From Planctomycetota bacterium (GTDB lineage: Bacteria; Planctomycetota; UBA1135), in NCBI GenBank assembly GCA_004295085.1, contig SHNF01000006.1, positions 223,675 through 287,674 of the forward strand: 64,000 nt of DNA, in the 5' to 3' direction. The notes under the pieces were generated by a model. It made no database searches, had not been told where the DNA came from, and saw only the letters and a program-made list of their open reading frames with translations. Of this stretch, positions 36,342 to 46,556 are shown piece after piece. Within the stretch, counting starts at the first letter, position 1. Every line of letters starts with the position of its first letter. The position numbers and the translations under genes are program-made.

Positions 36342-39300
36342 TGCGCCTTCTCTGCCGTCGCCGGCTCCGGCGCCTCCGCGGGCTTCTTGGCGGCGCCCGC
36401 CTTGCCCTTGCGCCCGAGGCCCTCGATGAAGGCGAAGTTGCCCGGGATCAGGAACACTCCCAGGGACGTCGCGATCAGCATGCCCCAGAAGACGGCTGTG
36501 CCCATGACGTTCTGCGCGCCGGCGCCCGCACCGCTGGCCTTCATCAGCGGCACGACGCCGAGGATGAAGGCAAAGGCCGTCATCAGGATCGGCCGGAAGC
36601 GCAGGCGCGCCGATTCCAGCGCAGCTTCCTCGACCGGCATGCCCTCCTCGTGCTTCACCTTGGCGAACTCCACGATCAGGATCGCGTTCTTGGCGGCCAG
36701 GCCGATCAGCATGATCAGTCCGACCTGGACGTAGACGTTATTGTCGAAACCCATCAGCCAGGCGCCGAACAAGGCGCCCAGCACGACCAGCGGCGAGCCG
36801 AGCAGCACGGCCCAGGGCAGGCGCCAGCTCTCGTACAGCGCGGCCAGCAGCAGGAACACGAACACGATCGCCATCACGAAGGTCGGTCCTGGCGGCGGCG
36901 CGACCTTCTCCTGGTAGGAAAGCGACGAATAGGCGAAGCCCATCTCGGCCGGCATGGTCGCGGCAAAGACCTCCTCCAGCGCGTCGATGGCCTGGCCGGA
37001 CGTGTAGCCTGGTCCGGGCACGCCGTTGATCTCGACCGAGCGCAGCAGGTTGAAGCGGTTCGTAATCTCGGTGCCCGGCCCGGAGTGGATGGCCATGAGC
37101 GTCGCGAGCGGGATCATCTCGTTCGTGGTCTGGCTGCGGACGTAGATGTCGCCGATGTCCTCAGGCGTGCGCCGGCTCTCGGACTCGGCCTGCACGTACA
37201 CGCGGTACAGGCGCCCGAAGCGGTTGAAGTCGTTGACGTAGCTGCCGCCCATGGCCGTCGCCATGGCCTGGAAGACCTCGTTCACCGGGACGCCCATCTT
37301 GCGCGCCTTGTCGCGGTCGAGCTCGACCTTGACCTGCGGATAATTCGGATCGAACGAGGTGAACAGGTTGGCGAGCTCGGGGCGCTGGCGGGCCGCCGCC
37401 AGGAAAGCGCTCGAGCGCTCGCCGAGCTCGGCCACGCTCAGCGTGCCGCTGCGGTCCTGCAGCAGGAAGTTGAAGCCGGCCGAGGCGCCGAAGCCCGAGA
37501 TGGTCGGGATGTTGAAGGGGAAGGCGACCGCCTCGGGGATGCGCGCCAGCTTGGCCTGCAAGCCGGCCATCACGCCCTTGACGTGCAGCTGCGGACCGTG
37601 GCGCTCCTCCCAGGGGAGCAGGCGCACGAAGATCGTGCCGAAGTTCGGCTGGTAAGTGCTCGTGACCGCACCGTAGCCGCCGATCGTCTGGAAGGACTCG
37701 ACGCCCTCGGTCTCGGCCAGGATGTCCTCGACCTGCGCCAGCATGGCGCTCGTGCGCTCGAGCGAGGCGCCCGGCGGGAGCTGCACGGCCACGCCGAAGA
37801 TGCCCTGGTCCTCGTCCGGGATGAAGCCGGCCGGCACGAGCTTGCCGAAGAATCCGGCGCCGACGATCACGCCGCCGATGATGACGACCGTCACGAAGGC
37901 GCGCCGCACGAGCAGGCGCGAGATCGCCACGTAGCCCCTGGTCGTCCAGTCGAAGCCCTTGTTGAAGCCGCCGAAGAACTTCGCGACCAGGCCCTTGGAT
38001 TTCTTGGCGGGCTTGAGGAGCATGGCCGAGAGGGCCGGCGACAGCGAGAGCGCACTGAAGGCCGAGAGCAGCACCGAGATCGCGATCGTGAGCGCGAACT
38101 GCATGTACATCTGCCCGGTCAGGCCGCCGACGAAGGCCACCGGGATGAACACGGCCGACAGGATCAGCGCGATGCCGATCACCGGGGCCGAGACCTCCTT
38201 CATGGCCTGGATCGTGGCCTCCCTGGGGGTCTTGCCGTGCTCGATGTGGTGCATCACGGCCTCGACCACGACGATCGCGTCGTCGACCACGATGCCGATG
38301 GCCAGCACCAGGCCGAACATCGAGAGCGTGTTGACCGAGAACCCGAGCAGCGGGAAGAAGATGAAGGTGCCGATCAGCGAGACCGGCACGGTCAGGAGCG
38401 GGATGAGCGTCGCCCGGAGGTTCTGCAGGAACACGAACACGACCAGGGTGACGAGGATCACCGCCTCGACGAAGGTGTGCACGATCGACTCGATCGAGGC
38501 CTCCACCGCCGGAGTCGTGTCGTAGACGATCTTGTAGTCGACGTCGGCGGGGAAGAGCTCCTTGGCCCGCTCCATCGTCGCGTAGATCCCCTCCGAGGCC
38601 GCGAGCTGGTCCGCGCCCGGCAGCAGGTACACGGCCATGGCGCCGGCCGGCTGGCCGTCGAGGCGCCCGAAGGAGTCGTAGTTCTGCGAGCCGAGCTCGG
38701 CACGGCCGACGTCGCGGATGCGGATCTGCGCGCCGGTCTCGGTCTCGCGCAGGATGATGTCCTCGAACTCGGACGCGGAGATCAGTCGCCCCGGGGCGCT
38801 GACCGTGTAGGTGAACTCCTGGTCCTCCGCCGAGGGTGCGCCGCCGATCTTGCCGGCCGGCGCCAGCAGGTTCTGCTCCTTGATGGCCGCGATCACGTCC
38901 GACGGCGTCAGCCCGAGCTTGGCCAGCTTGTCCGGCTGCAGCCAGATGCGCATGCCGTAGTCGGTGCCGCCGAAGAGGTCGACCTGGGCCACGCCGGGGA
39001 TGCGCAGCAGCAGGTCGCGCAGGTTGATGCCGCAGTAGTTGATCAGGAAGTTGGCGTCGTAGGTGTTCTCCGGCGAATAGACCGAGATCAGCATCAGGAT
39101 GCTCGGGCTCATCTTCTTGACCGTGACACCCTGCTGGATGACCTCCTGCGGCAGGCGCGCCTGCGCGATCGAGACCCGGTTCTGGGTCAGGACGTTGGCC
39201 ATGTCCTGGTCGACGCCGACCATGAAGTTGACGTCGAGCTGCATGCGGCCGTCGCTCGTGTTCGACGACTTCATGTAGATCATGTCGTCGACGCCGTTGA

Positions 39301-39505
39301 CCTCCTGCTCGATCGGCGTGGCCACCGATTGCTCGACGTCCACGGCCGAGGCGCCCGGGTAGTTCGCGGTCACGCGGATCGTGGGCGACGCGAGGAACGG
39401 GTACTGCTCGATGCTGAGCCCCTTCAGCGAGAAGAGCCCCATGAGCACGATCATGATCGCGATCACGATCGCGACGATCGGACGCCGGATGAAGAAGTTG
39501 GCCAT
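36338..39505 (-). CDS. RND efflux transporter permease (HAE1 / AcrB-MexB type)
   Basis: 1055 aa, MANFFIRRPIVAIVIAIMIVLMG.., with the 12-TM AcrB architecture and motifs throughout. Confidence 0.95.
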   Translation of the reverse strand: MANFFIRRPIVAIVIAIMIVLMGLFSLKGLSIEQYPFLASPTIRVTANYPGASAVDVEQSVATPIEQEVNGVDDMIYMKSSNTSDGRMQLDVNFMVGVDQDMANVLTQNRVSIAQARLPQEVIQQGVTVKKMSPSILMLISVYSPENTYDANFLINYCGINLRDLLLRIPGVAQVDLFGGTDYGMRIWLQPDKLAKLGLTPSDVIAAIKEQNLLAPAGKIGGAPSAEDQEFTYTVSAPGRLISASEFEDIILRETETGAQIRIRDVGRAELGSQNYDSFGRLDGQPAGAMAVYLLPGADQLAASEGIYATMERAKELFPADVDYKIVYDTTPAVEASIESIVHTFVEAVILVTLVVFVFLQNLRATLIPLLTVPVSLIGTFIFFPLLGFSVNTLSMFGLVLAIGIVVDDAIVVVEAVMHHIEHGKTPREATIQAMKEVSAPVIGIALILSAVFIPVAFVGGLTGQMYMQFALTIAISVLLSAFSALSLSPALSAMLLKPAKKSKGLVAKFFGGFNKGFDWTTRGYVAISRLLVRRAFVTVVIIGGVIVGAGFFGKLVPAGFIPDEDQGIFGVAVQLPPGASLERTSAMLAQVEDILAETEGVESFQTIGGYGAVTSTYQPNFGTIFVRLLPWEERHGPQLHVKGVMAGLQAKLARIPEAVAFPFNIPTISGFGASAGFNFLLQDRSGTLSVAELGERSSAFLAAARQRPELANLFTSFDPNYPQVKVELDRDKARKMGVPVNEVFQAMATAMGGSYVNDFNRFGRLYRVYVQAESESRRTPEDIGDIYVRSQTTNEMIPLATLMAIHSGPGTEITNRFNLLRSVEINGVPGPGYTSGQAIDALEEVFAATMPAEMGFAYSSLSYQEKVAPPPGPTFVMAIVFVFLLLAALYESWRLPWAVLLGSPLVVLGALFGAWLMGFDNNVYVQVGLIMLIGLAAKNAILIVEFAKVKHEEGMPVEEAALESARLRFRPILMTAFAFILGVVPLMKASGAGAGAQNVMGTAVFWGMLIATSLGVFLIPGNFAFIEGLGRKGKAGAAKKPAEAPEPATAEKAQ

Positions 39506-39508
39506 GAG

Positions 39509-40723
39509 CTACTCGGCCTTCTCCTCTCCGGCCGGGGCGGCGTCACCGCCTTGGCCCTCGCCCGCCTGCGCCTCCGTGCCACCCTCTTTCTCTCCCTCTT
39601 CCTCGATCAGCACCGTCTGGGCATTGACCTGCATGCCCGGGCGCACCTTCTGCAGGCCCTCCACCACGACCCGATCGCCGGCCTTCAGCCCCGACAGGAT
39701 CACCCACAGCGAGCCGATGCGCTCGGCCGGCGTCACCAGGCGCTGCTCGACCGTGTCGCCCTCGGCCAGGGCCATCACGCTGAAGACTCCTTGCAGCTCC
39801 GCCACCGCCCGCTGCGGAACCAGGATCGCGCCCGACCGCTCCTCCACCGTGGCGCGCACGCGCGCGTACTGGCCCGGGCGCAGGATCTCTCCAGGATTCG
39901 CGAACGCCGCCTCGGCCATGATGGTCCCGGTCCGCGCATCCACGTTGCGATCCACGAAGACCAAGCTTCCCGGCGCGGGGTGCACGCTGCCATCGGTCAT
40001 CACGAGCTCGAAGGCGGTGTCCGGGGCAGGGTCCGCGCGCACTCCGGCGCCGCGCTTGCGCGCGTAGGCGAGGTAGTCCTTCTCGGGGAAGGTGAAGCGC
40101 ACGTGGATCGGATCGATGCGGGAGATGCGCGTGAGGAGGGTGCTCTGTCCACGGCCCACCAGGGTGCCGGCGTAGACCTCGGTCCGCCCCGCCAGGCCCT
40201 CCTCCGGTGCGGTCACTTTCGTATAGGAGAGGTCGATCTCGGCCTGCTCGACCATGGCCCTGGCCGCTTCCAGGGCCGCCGCAGCGGACTTCTCGACCGC
40301 CACTGCGGTCTCGTACATCTCGCGCGAGATGGCGTTCTTGGCCACGAGCGGCTCGTAGCGGACCACGTCCTGGTGCGCGCGCGCGAGCTCGGCCTCGGCC
40401 TCGGCCTGGCGGGCCCTGGACTCCGTCAGGTTCGCCTGGAAGGGCCGCGGGTCGATCGTATAGAGAAGCTGCCCCTTGGTGACGATCGAGCCCTCCTTGT
40501 AGTCCACGCTCTCGATGAAGCCTTCGACGCGCGCCCGGATCTCGATCTCGGTGTTGCCGCGCACCTCGCCGATGGCTTCCACGTACACGGGGACGTCGCG
40601 TTGCAGAACCGCCGCGACCTTCACGTCGGGCGGCGGAGGGACCACCTCGGGGGCCTCGCGATCGCAGCCTGCGAGGCAGCCGAGCGCCAGGAGCATCGCC
40701 TCGGGGATCCGTCCGCGCATCAT
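39509..40723 (-). CDS. RND efflux periplasmic adaptor (membrane fusion protein)
   Basis: Lipobox LAGC. Alpha-hairpin, lipoyl and beta-barrel MFP pattern (VEGFIESVDYKEGSIVTKGQLLYTIDPRPF..). Confidence 0.9.
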   Translation of the reverse strand: MMRGRIPEAMLLALGCLAGCDREAPEVVPPPPDVKVAAVLQRDVPVYVEAIGEVRGNTEIEIRARVEGFIESVDYKEGSIVTKGQLLYTIDPRPFQANLTESRARQAEAEAELARAHQDVVRYEPLVAKNAISREMYETAVAVEKSAAAALEAARAMVEQAEIDLSYTKVTAPEEGLAGRTEVYAGTLVGRGQSTLLTRISRIDPIHVRFTFPEKDYLAYARKRGAGVRADPAPDTAFELVMTDGSVHPAPGSLVFVDRNVDARTGTIMAEAAFANPGEILRPGQYARVRATVEERSGAILVPQRAVAELQGVFSVMALAEGDTVEQRLVTPAERIGSLWVILSGLKAGDRVVVEGLQKVRPGMQVNAQTVLIEEEGEKEGGTEAQAGEGQGGDAAPAGEEKAE

Positions 40724-40805
40724 CGAGTCTCCGAATCACCTAGCCGGGGAGGGAAAGCTGCCTTGGCCGTCTTCGCCTGCAGCATCGGTGGCACCATGGT
40801 AGCAG

Positions 40806-41456
40806 TCATCCGCCGAATCCGAGCGCAACACCCACATAGGCGTCGTCCTGATCGGGGTTGAACAGGTAAAGGTCCAGCCACAGCGAACCGTAGGCCAGGC
40901 CGAGGAGCAGGCCGCGGTCGAGCGTCAGCTCCTGCTCGAACACCCGGGTGCGCTGGGCCACCAGCCCGAAGCGCAGCCATTCCGCCGGCGCCAGCGTCAG
41001 CTCGTTCCAGGTGTAGAAGAAGCTGTCGTCCGCGTCGTGCAGGTCGTAGACGTACTCCGACTCGCCGTACCATTCGAGCGCCTTCCAGGCCAGGTCGTAT
41101 TCCAGACCGGGCGCCACGCCGTCAGTGTCCCCGGCCACGGCGCCGATCATCGGGACCACGAGCACGGAGAGCTCGTCCGCCCAGACGAAGTTGCGGCCGA
41201 CGAAGAAGGAAGCCGAGTCCAGGTCCTCGTACTGGTAGCGGGCCTCGAGGTGCAACGCGCCCCGATCCGCGCGCAGGATTGCGGACGCGTAGGCGTCGTC
41301 GTCAGGGGGGTCGAATCCGTAGACCCCGAAGCTGACGTCCCACGGAGTGCCTCGGCTTTCGCCGGCTGGCTCGGGACCGGCCTCCTGGCCCGAGGCGGGC
41401 CCGGCGCCGGCGACCAGCAGGGCGAGCGCGAGCGCGGCTGCAGGCGCGGATCTCAT
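40806..41456 (-). CDS. Secreted hypothetical protein (beta-rich, acidic)
   Basis: Start trimmed to the ATG at 41456 (MRSAPAAALALALLVAGAGPASGQ). I recognised no family. It lies 82 nt upstream of the RND adaptor gene. Confidence 0.55.
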   Translation of the reverse strand: MRSAPAAALALALLVAGAGPASGQEAGPEPAGESRGTPWDVSFGVYGFDPPDDDAYASAILRADRGALHLEARYQYEDLDSASFFVGRNFVWADELSVLVVPMIGAVAGDTDGVAPGLEYDLAWKALEWYGESEYVYDLHDADDSFFYTWNELTLAPAEWLRFGLVAQRTRVFEQELTLDRGLLLGLAYGSLWLDLYLFNPDQDDAYVGVALGFGG

Positions 41457-41721
41457 GCGCCCGTGCGGTCGTGGCGACTGCGGGAGCGCCGGAGGCGGGG
41501 TGGTGACGCGCGCACTGCGGGTGGTTTCCGGGGCCACTCTGGCGTTGGGCACAGTATATTGACGCCCATCGGGCGCAACACCTGGGCAACACTCTGTAGG
41601 AGATTCTCAGCCAGAATACTGTGGACCTTGCCCGCAGGAGACGGTGGAAGACGTCCTTCTTCGATGGCGCTATCCTGTTGCGATCACGATTCTGCTTGCG
41701 CAACTGCCATCGTTTCGGAAC

Positions 41722-41726
41722 GGAGG
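41722..41726 (+). promoter_or_regulatory. Shine-Dalgarno GGAGG, 6 nt upstream of the arylsulfatase ATG
   Basis: Read directly: cGGAGGctccccATG. Confidence 0.65.
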
Positions 41727-41732
41727 CTCCCC

Positions 41733-43292
41733 ATGACACGACCGTTCTCGCTCCTGGCTCTGCTTCTGTCCGCCGCCGTGTCCATTGCCGGCGAGGCACC
41801 GGCGCGGCAGCAGTCGGGCAAACCGAACATTCTCGTCATCTGGGGGGACGACGTCGGCTGGTACAACATCAGCGCTTACAACCTGGGCGTGATGGGCTAC
41901 CGGACGCCGAACATCGACCGACTCGCCCGCGAAGGCGCGCTGTTCACCGACTGGTACGGGCAGCAGAGCTGCACGGCCGGCCGCGCGGCCTTCCTCACCG
42001 GGCAGTCGCCGTTCCGCACCGGACTGCTCAAGGTCGGCCTGCCGGGCGCGAAGGAAGGACTTCAGAAGGAAGACGTCACGATCGCCGAGCTGCTCAAGGC
42101 GCAGGGCTACGTCACCGGCCAGTTCGGCAAGAACCACCTCGGCGACCGGGACGAGCATCTGCCGACGGCGCACGGCTTCGACGAGTTCTTCGGCTCGCTC
42201 TACCACCTCAATGCCGAGGACGAGCCGGAGCACCCCGACTACCCGAAGGACCCGGAGTTCGCGAAGGAGTTCGGCACGCGCGGCATCCTCCACTGCTGGG
42301 CCAACCCCGACGGCACGCAGAAGATCGAGATGACCGGCCCGCTGACCAAGAAGCGCATGGAGACCTGCGACGCGGAGTTCACGCGCGGCGCGATCGATTT
42401 CATGGGACGCGCCAAGAGCTCGGGCAAGCCCTTCTTCCTGTGGTGGAACTCGACCCGCATGCACATCTGGACCCGCCTCAAGCAGGAGTCGCAGGGCAAG
42501 ACGGGGCTGGGGATCTACCCCGACGGCATGGTCGAGCACGACGCCATGGTCGGCGAGGTGCTGAAGGCCCTGGACGATCTCGGCCTGGCCGGCAACACGA
42601 TCGTGATGTACTCGACCGACAACGGCGCCGAGAAGTTCACCTGGCCCGACGGCGGCCAGTCGCCCTTCCGGGGCGAGAAGAACACAAACTGGGAAGGCGG
42701 CTACCGGGTCCCGTGCGTGATCCGCTGGCCTGGAGTGATCCAGCCCGGCACCGTCTCCAACGGCATCTTCGCGCATGAGGACATGTTGCCGACGCTGCTG
42801 GCCGCCGCGGGCGTCCCTGACGTGAAGGAACAGCTGGTGAAGGGCATGAAGGCCGGCGCCAAGACCTTCAAGGTGCATCTCGACGGCTACAACGTCACCG
42901 ATGCTCTCGCCGGCAAGGCGCCCAGTCCGCGCCAGGAGTTCTTCTACTTCAACGACGACGGCTCGCTGGTCGCGCTGCGTTACAACCAGTGGAAGGCCGT
43001 CTTCGCGGAGCAGCGTGGCCACGGTTTCGACGTGTGGCAGGAGCCGTTCGTTCCGCTGCGCCTCCCGAAGCTCTTCAACCTGCGCTCGGATCCGTTCGAG
43101 ACCGCCGACCACGAGAGCATGGACTACGAGCGCTGGCGCGTCGAGCACCTCTTCCTGCTCGTACCGGCACAGGCGTACGTCGCGCAATTCCTGGCCACCT
43201 TCCAGGACTTCCCGCCGCGCCAGAAGCCTGGCAGCTTCAGCATCGACCAGGTGCTGGAGAAGCTCCAGGAGGCCGGCGGCGCCGGCCAGTGA
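41733..43292 (+). CDS. Arylsulfatase (formylglycine-dependent, S1 family)
   Basis: Signal MTRPFSLLALLLSAAVSIA. NILVIWGDDVG, and the sulfatase signature SCTAGRAAFLTG (C-x-A-x-R). Also GKNHLGD and STDNGA. Confidence 0.9.
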   Translation: MTRPFSLLALLLSAAVSIAGEAPARQQSGKPNILVIWGDDVGWYNISAYNLGVMGYRTPNIDRLAREGALFTDWYGQQSCTAGRAAFLTGQSPFRTGLLKVGLPGAKEGLQKEDVTIAELLKAQGYVTGQFGKNHLGDRDEHLPTAHGFDEFFGSLYHLNAEDEPEHPDYPKDPEFAKEFGTRGILHCWANPDGTQKIEMTGPLTKKRMETCDAEFTRGAIDFMGRAKSSGKPFFLWWNSTRMHIWTRLKQESQGKTGLGIYPDGMVEHDAMVGEVLKALDDLGLAGNTIVMYSTDNGAEKFTWPDGGQSPFRGEKNTNWEGGYRVPCVIRWPGVIQPGTVSNGIFAHEDMLPTLLAAAGVPDVKEQLVKGMKAGAKTFKVHLDGYNVTDALAGKAPSPRQEFFYFNDDGSLVALRYNQWKAVFAEQRGHGFDVWQEPFVPLRLPKLFNLRSDPFETADHESMDYERWRVEHLFLLVPAQAYVAQFLATFQDFPPRQKPGSFSIDQVLEKLQEAGGAGQ

Positions 43293-43332
43293 AGGGATCC
43301 CGTTGCCCTGCGCGCTTCCCGCGAGGAACACC

Positions 43333-44130
43333 ATGCTCCACGAAACCCGATCCCGCATCCCCCTCCCGTTCGCAGCGCTCCTCCTCCTCGTCGCCTCGTC
43401 CGCCTGTGCCGCGCGGCAGGAGGCCACCGCGAAGCCCGAGCCCGCAGCGGCGCACTGGTCGTACTCGGGTGATACCGGGCCCGACCACTGGGGAACGCTG
43501 GACGAAGCCTACTTCGCCGCCGCCAAGGGCGTAGCGCAGTCCCCGATCGACATCGTGACGGGCGCGGCCATCGAGGCCCAGGCGCCGGCGCTCGTCTTCA
43601 CTGCGGCGAGCGTGCCGCTGACGATCGTCAACAACGGCCACACCATCGAGGTCGATTGCGCGGCCGGCAACTCGGTGCAGTTCGGCAGCCAGACGTATGC
43701 CCTCAAGCAGTTCCACTTCCACTCGCCCAGCGAGCACACGCTCGACGGCAGGAACGCTGCACTCGAGATGCACATGGTGCACAAGATGGCCGACGGTCAC
43801 GCGGCGGTCGTGGGGGTGCTGATCCAGGAAGGCGCCACCAACGCCGCATTCGACGCGATCTGGCAGCACCTACCGGCCACCCCGGGCCCCGAGGTCACGG
43901 TCCCCGGCGTCACCATCGACCCGACCTCGCTGCTACCGGCCGACCGCGGCTACTACTTCTACGACGGGTCGCTGACCACGCCGCCGTGCACGGAGGGCAT
44001 CCGCTGGTTCGTGCTGAAGACGCCGATTCAGATGTCGTCCGGGCAGATCGCCGCCTTCCGCAAGGCCTATTACGGGAACAACCGCCCGGTGCAGCCGCAC
44101 CATGCCCGGATCGTGCTGCGCACGCCGTGA
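43333..44130 (+). CDS. Alpha-class carbonic anhydrase, secreted
   Basis: HWSY..GPDHWG, QSPIDI, FHFHSPSEH..EMHMVH (Zn histidines) and SLTTPPCTEG. Confidence 0.9.
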   Translation: MLHETRSRIPLPFAALLLLVASSACAARQEATAKPEPAAAHWSYSGDTGPDHWGTLDEAYFAAAKGVAQSPIDIVTGAAIEAQAPALVFTAASVPLTIVNNGHTIEVDCAAGNSVQFGSQTYALKQFHFHSPSEHTLDGRNAALEMHMVHKMADGHAAVVGVLIQEGATNAAFDAIWQHLPATPGPEVTVPGVTIDPTSLLPADRGYYFYDGSLTTPPCTEGIRWFVLKTPIQMSSGQIAAFRKAYYGNNRPVQPHHARIVLRTP

Positions 44131-44170
44131 GCCAGCCCGGCAGGCCATTCACCGCCGAACGAACACTACC

Positions 44171-46549
44171 GTGAAAGCAACGACCCCTCTCACCATCCTC
44201 GGCCTCGCACTCGCACTCTCGACCGTGGCCGGGTGCGAAATGTCGCAGCAGGAGACACCCAGGCCCGCCGGAGGTGCCGCGGGGCCCGATCGAACGGTGC
44301 TCCCGATTCCGGAGCCGGAGTATCCGGCCATCACCGAGCTCGACGCCCGCAACGCCGAGGCCCCGCCGCGCTTCGAGGTGAAGGCGCCGCAGGGTGCGCC
44401 CAACGTGGTGATCGTCCTGATCGACGACATCGGCTTCGGCCACAGCAGCGCGTTCGGCGGGCCGATCCACATGCCCACGCTGGAGAAGCTGGCGGCCGCC
44501 GGATTGAGATACAACCGCTTCCACACCACCGCGCTGTGCAGTCCCACGCGCGTGGCGCTGCTCACCGGCCGCAACCACCACGTGAACAATGCCGGGGCCG
44601 TCATGGAGCTGGCCACGAGCTTCCCCGGCAATACAGGCGTGCGCCCCCTCAGCGTCACGCCCCTGGCCGAGATCCTCCGCCTCAACGGGTACAGCACCGC
44701 GGCCTTCGGCAAGTACCACGAGACCGCGCCGTGGGAGGTCTCCGTGTCCGGCCCCTACGACCGCTGGCCCACGCGTTCCGGCTTCGACAAGTTCTACGGC
44801 TTCATCGGCGGCGAGACCAACCAGTGGGCGCCGGGCATCTTCGACGGCACCGTGCGGATCGAGACCCCGCACACGCCGGGCTACCACTTCACCACGGACA
44901 TGACGGATCAGGCGATCCGGTGGATGAGCGCGCAGCAGGCCCTCACGCCCGACAAGCCCTTCTACCTGTACTTCGCCACCGGCGCCACGCACGCCCCGCA
45001 CCACGTCGCCGAGGAATGGATCGAGAAGTACCAGGGGAAGTTCGCGGGCGGCTGGGACAAGCTGCGCGAGGAGACCTTCGCCCGTCAGAAGCAGCTGGGC
45101 GTGATCCCCGCCGACGCCAAGCTGACCCCGCGCCCCAAGGAGATCCCCGCCTGGGACGGCATGAGCGCCGACCAGAAGCGGCTCTTCGAGCGCCAGATGG
45201 AGACCTTCGCCGGCTTCGCCGAGCACACCGACCATGAAGTCGGCCGGCTGGTCGCGCAGCTGGAGGCGGTCGGCGAGCTGGACAACACGCTGTTCTTCTA
45301 CATCGTGGGGGACAACGGGGCCAGCGCCGAAGGCGGACCGGAAGGCACCTTCAACGAGATGATGGCGCTGAACGGGATCGTGGGCAAGGCCGACCAGATG
45401 ATGGACCATATCGATGATTGGGGCGGCCCCAGCACCTTCCCGCACTTCGCCATCGGCTGGGCCTGGGCTGGCAGCACGCCCTTCCAGTGGACCAAGCAGG
45501 TGGCCAGCCACTTCGGCGGCACGCGCAACGGCATGGTGCTGCACTGGCCGAACGGAATAAAGGCTCGTGGCGAGCTCCGATCGCAATTCCATCACGTGAT
45601 CGACGTGGCGCCGACGGTGCTGGAGGCCGCCAAACTGCCGCAACCGGAGATGGTCAACGGCATCGAGCAGCGGCCCATGGACGGCGTCTCGATGCTGTAC
45701 ACGGTTGCCGATGCCCAGGCCAAGGACCGCCGCACCACGCAGTACTTCGAGATGTTCGGCAACCGCGGCATCTATCACGAGGGGTGGGTGGCCTGCACGC
45801 GGCACTCGACTCCGTGGCTGATGGTGCAGAATCCTCCTTTGACCGAGGACGTTTGGGAGCTTTACCACGTGGACAAGGACTTCAGCCAGGCCGACAACCT
45901 CGCCGCCCAGCAGCCGGAGAAGCTGAAGGAGCTGCAGGCGGTCTTCCTGCAGGAAGCCGTCAAGAACAACGTGCTGCCGATCGACGATCGCCGTGCCGAA
46001 CGCTTCAACCCGGCCATCGCCGGACGTCCCGACCTGATGGGCGGCCGGAAGTCGCTCACGATCTACGAGGGCATGACCGGCATGATGGAGAACGCGTTCA
46101 TCAACGTGAAGGGCGTGCACCACACCATCACCGCCGAGATCGAGCTGATGGATGCGAACGCCGGCGGCGTGATCATCGCCCAGGCCGGCTACTTCGGTGG
46201 CTGGACCCTGTACATGAAGGACGGCAAGGTGCACCACGAGTACAACTGGTTCGCGCTGGAGCGCACCAACATCGCCTCAACTTCAGCCCTCGCGCCCGGC
46301 AAGCACAACATCGTGTACGAATTCATTCCCGACGCGGCCAAGCCGGGGACAGGCGGCAAGTCCATCCTCAGCATCGATGGACAGAAGGTCGCGGAAGGGC
46401 GCATCCCCAAGACCCAGCCGTTCGCGTTCTCCGGAGATGAAGGCACGGACGTGGGAATGGACAACGAAACCAACGTGTCGCCGGACTACGAGCAGGGCGA
46501 GAACAGGTTCACCGGGAGCATCATCAAGGTGAAGATCGATGTGAATTAG
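44171..46549 (+). CDS. Arylsulfatase, large form (formylglycine-dependent)
   Basis: GTG start at 44171 giving a lipoprotein-like signal (LALSTVAGC). NVVIVLIDDIGFG, and the signature LCSPTRVALLTGR. Long C-terminal extension. Confidence 0.9.
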   Translation: MKATTPLTILGLALALSTVAGCEMSQQETPRPAGGAAGPDRTVLPIPEPEYPAITELDARNAEAPPRFEVKAPQGAPNVVIVLIDDIGFGHSSAFGGPIHMPTLEKLAAAGLRYNRFHTTALCSPTRVALLTGRNHHVNNAGAVMELATSFPGNTGVRPLSVTPLAEILRLNGYSTAAFGKYHETAPWEVSVSGPYDRWPTRSGFDKFYGFIGGETNQWAPGIFDGTVRIETPHTPGYHFTTDMTDQAIRWMSAQQALTPDKPFYLYFATGATHAPHHVAEEWIEKYQGKFAGGWDKLREETFARQKQLGVIPADAKLTPRPKEIPAWDGMSADQKRLFERQMETFAGFAEHTDHEVGRLVAQLEAVGELDNTLFFYIVGDNGASAEGGPEGTFNEMMALNGIVGKADQMMDHIDDWGGPSTFPHFAIGWAWAGSTPFQWTKQVASHFGGTRNGMVLHWPNGIKARGELRSQFHHVIDVAPTVLEAAKLPQPEMVNGIEQRPMDGVSMLYTVADAQAKDRRTTQYFEMFGNRGIYHEGWVACTRHSTPWLMVQNPPLTEDVWELYHVDKDFSQADNLAAQQPEKLKELQAVFLQEAVKNNVLPIDDRRAERFNPAIAGRPDLMGGRKSLTIYEGMTGMMENAFINVKGVHHTITAEIELMDANAGGVIIAQAGYFGGWTLYMKDGKVHHEYNWFALERTNIASTSALAPGKHNIVYEFIPDAAKPGTGGKSILSIDGQKVAEGRIPKTQPFAFSGDEGTDVGMDNETNVSPDYEQGENRFTGSIIKVKIDVN

Positions 46550-46556
46550 GAACAAC

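Noticed and set aside
36341-40861. 1506-aa plus-strand ORF, the longest in the window
   Set aside because: It is antisense to the unmistakable RND pump and adaptor genes. Its composition (runs of R, D, H, G, E) is not protein-like.
41546-41563. Sigma-54-like element GGGCAC-N-ATTGA upstream of the sulfatase island
   Set aside because: The spacing is off by one relative to TGGCAC-N5-TTGC, and the critical -12 GC is GA. No enhancer-binding protein gene is nearby.
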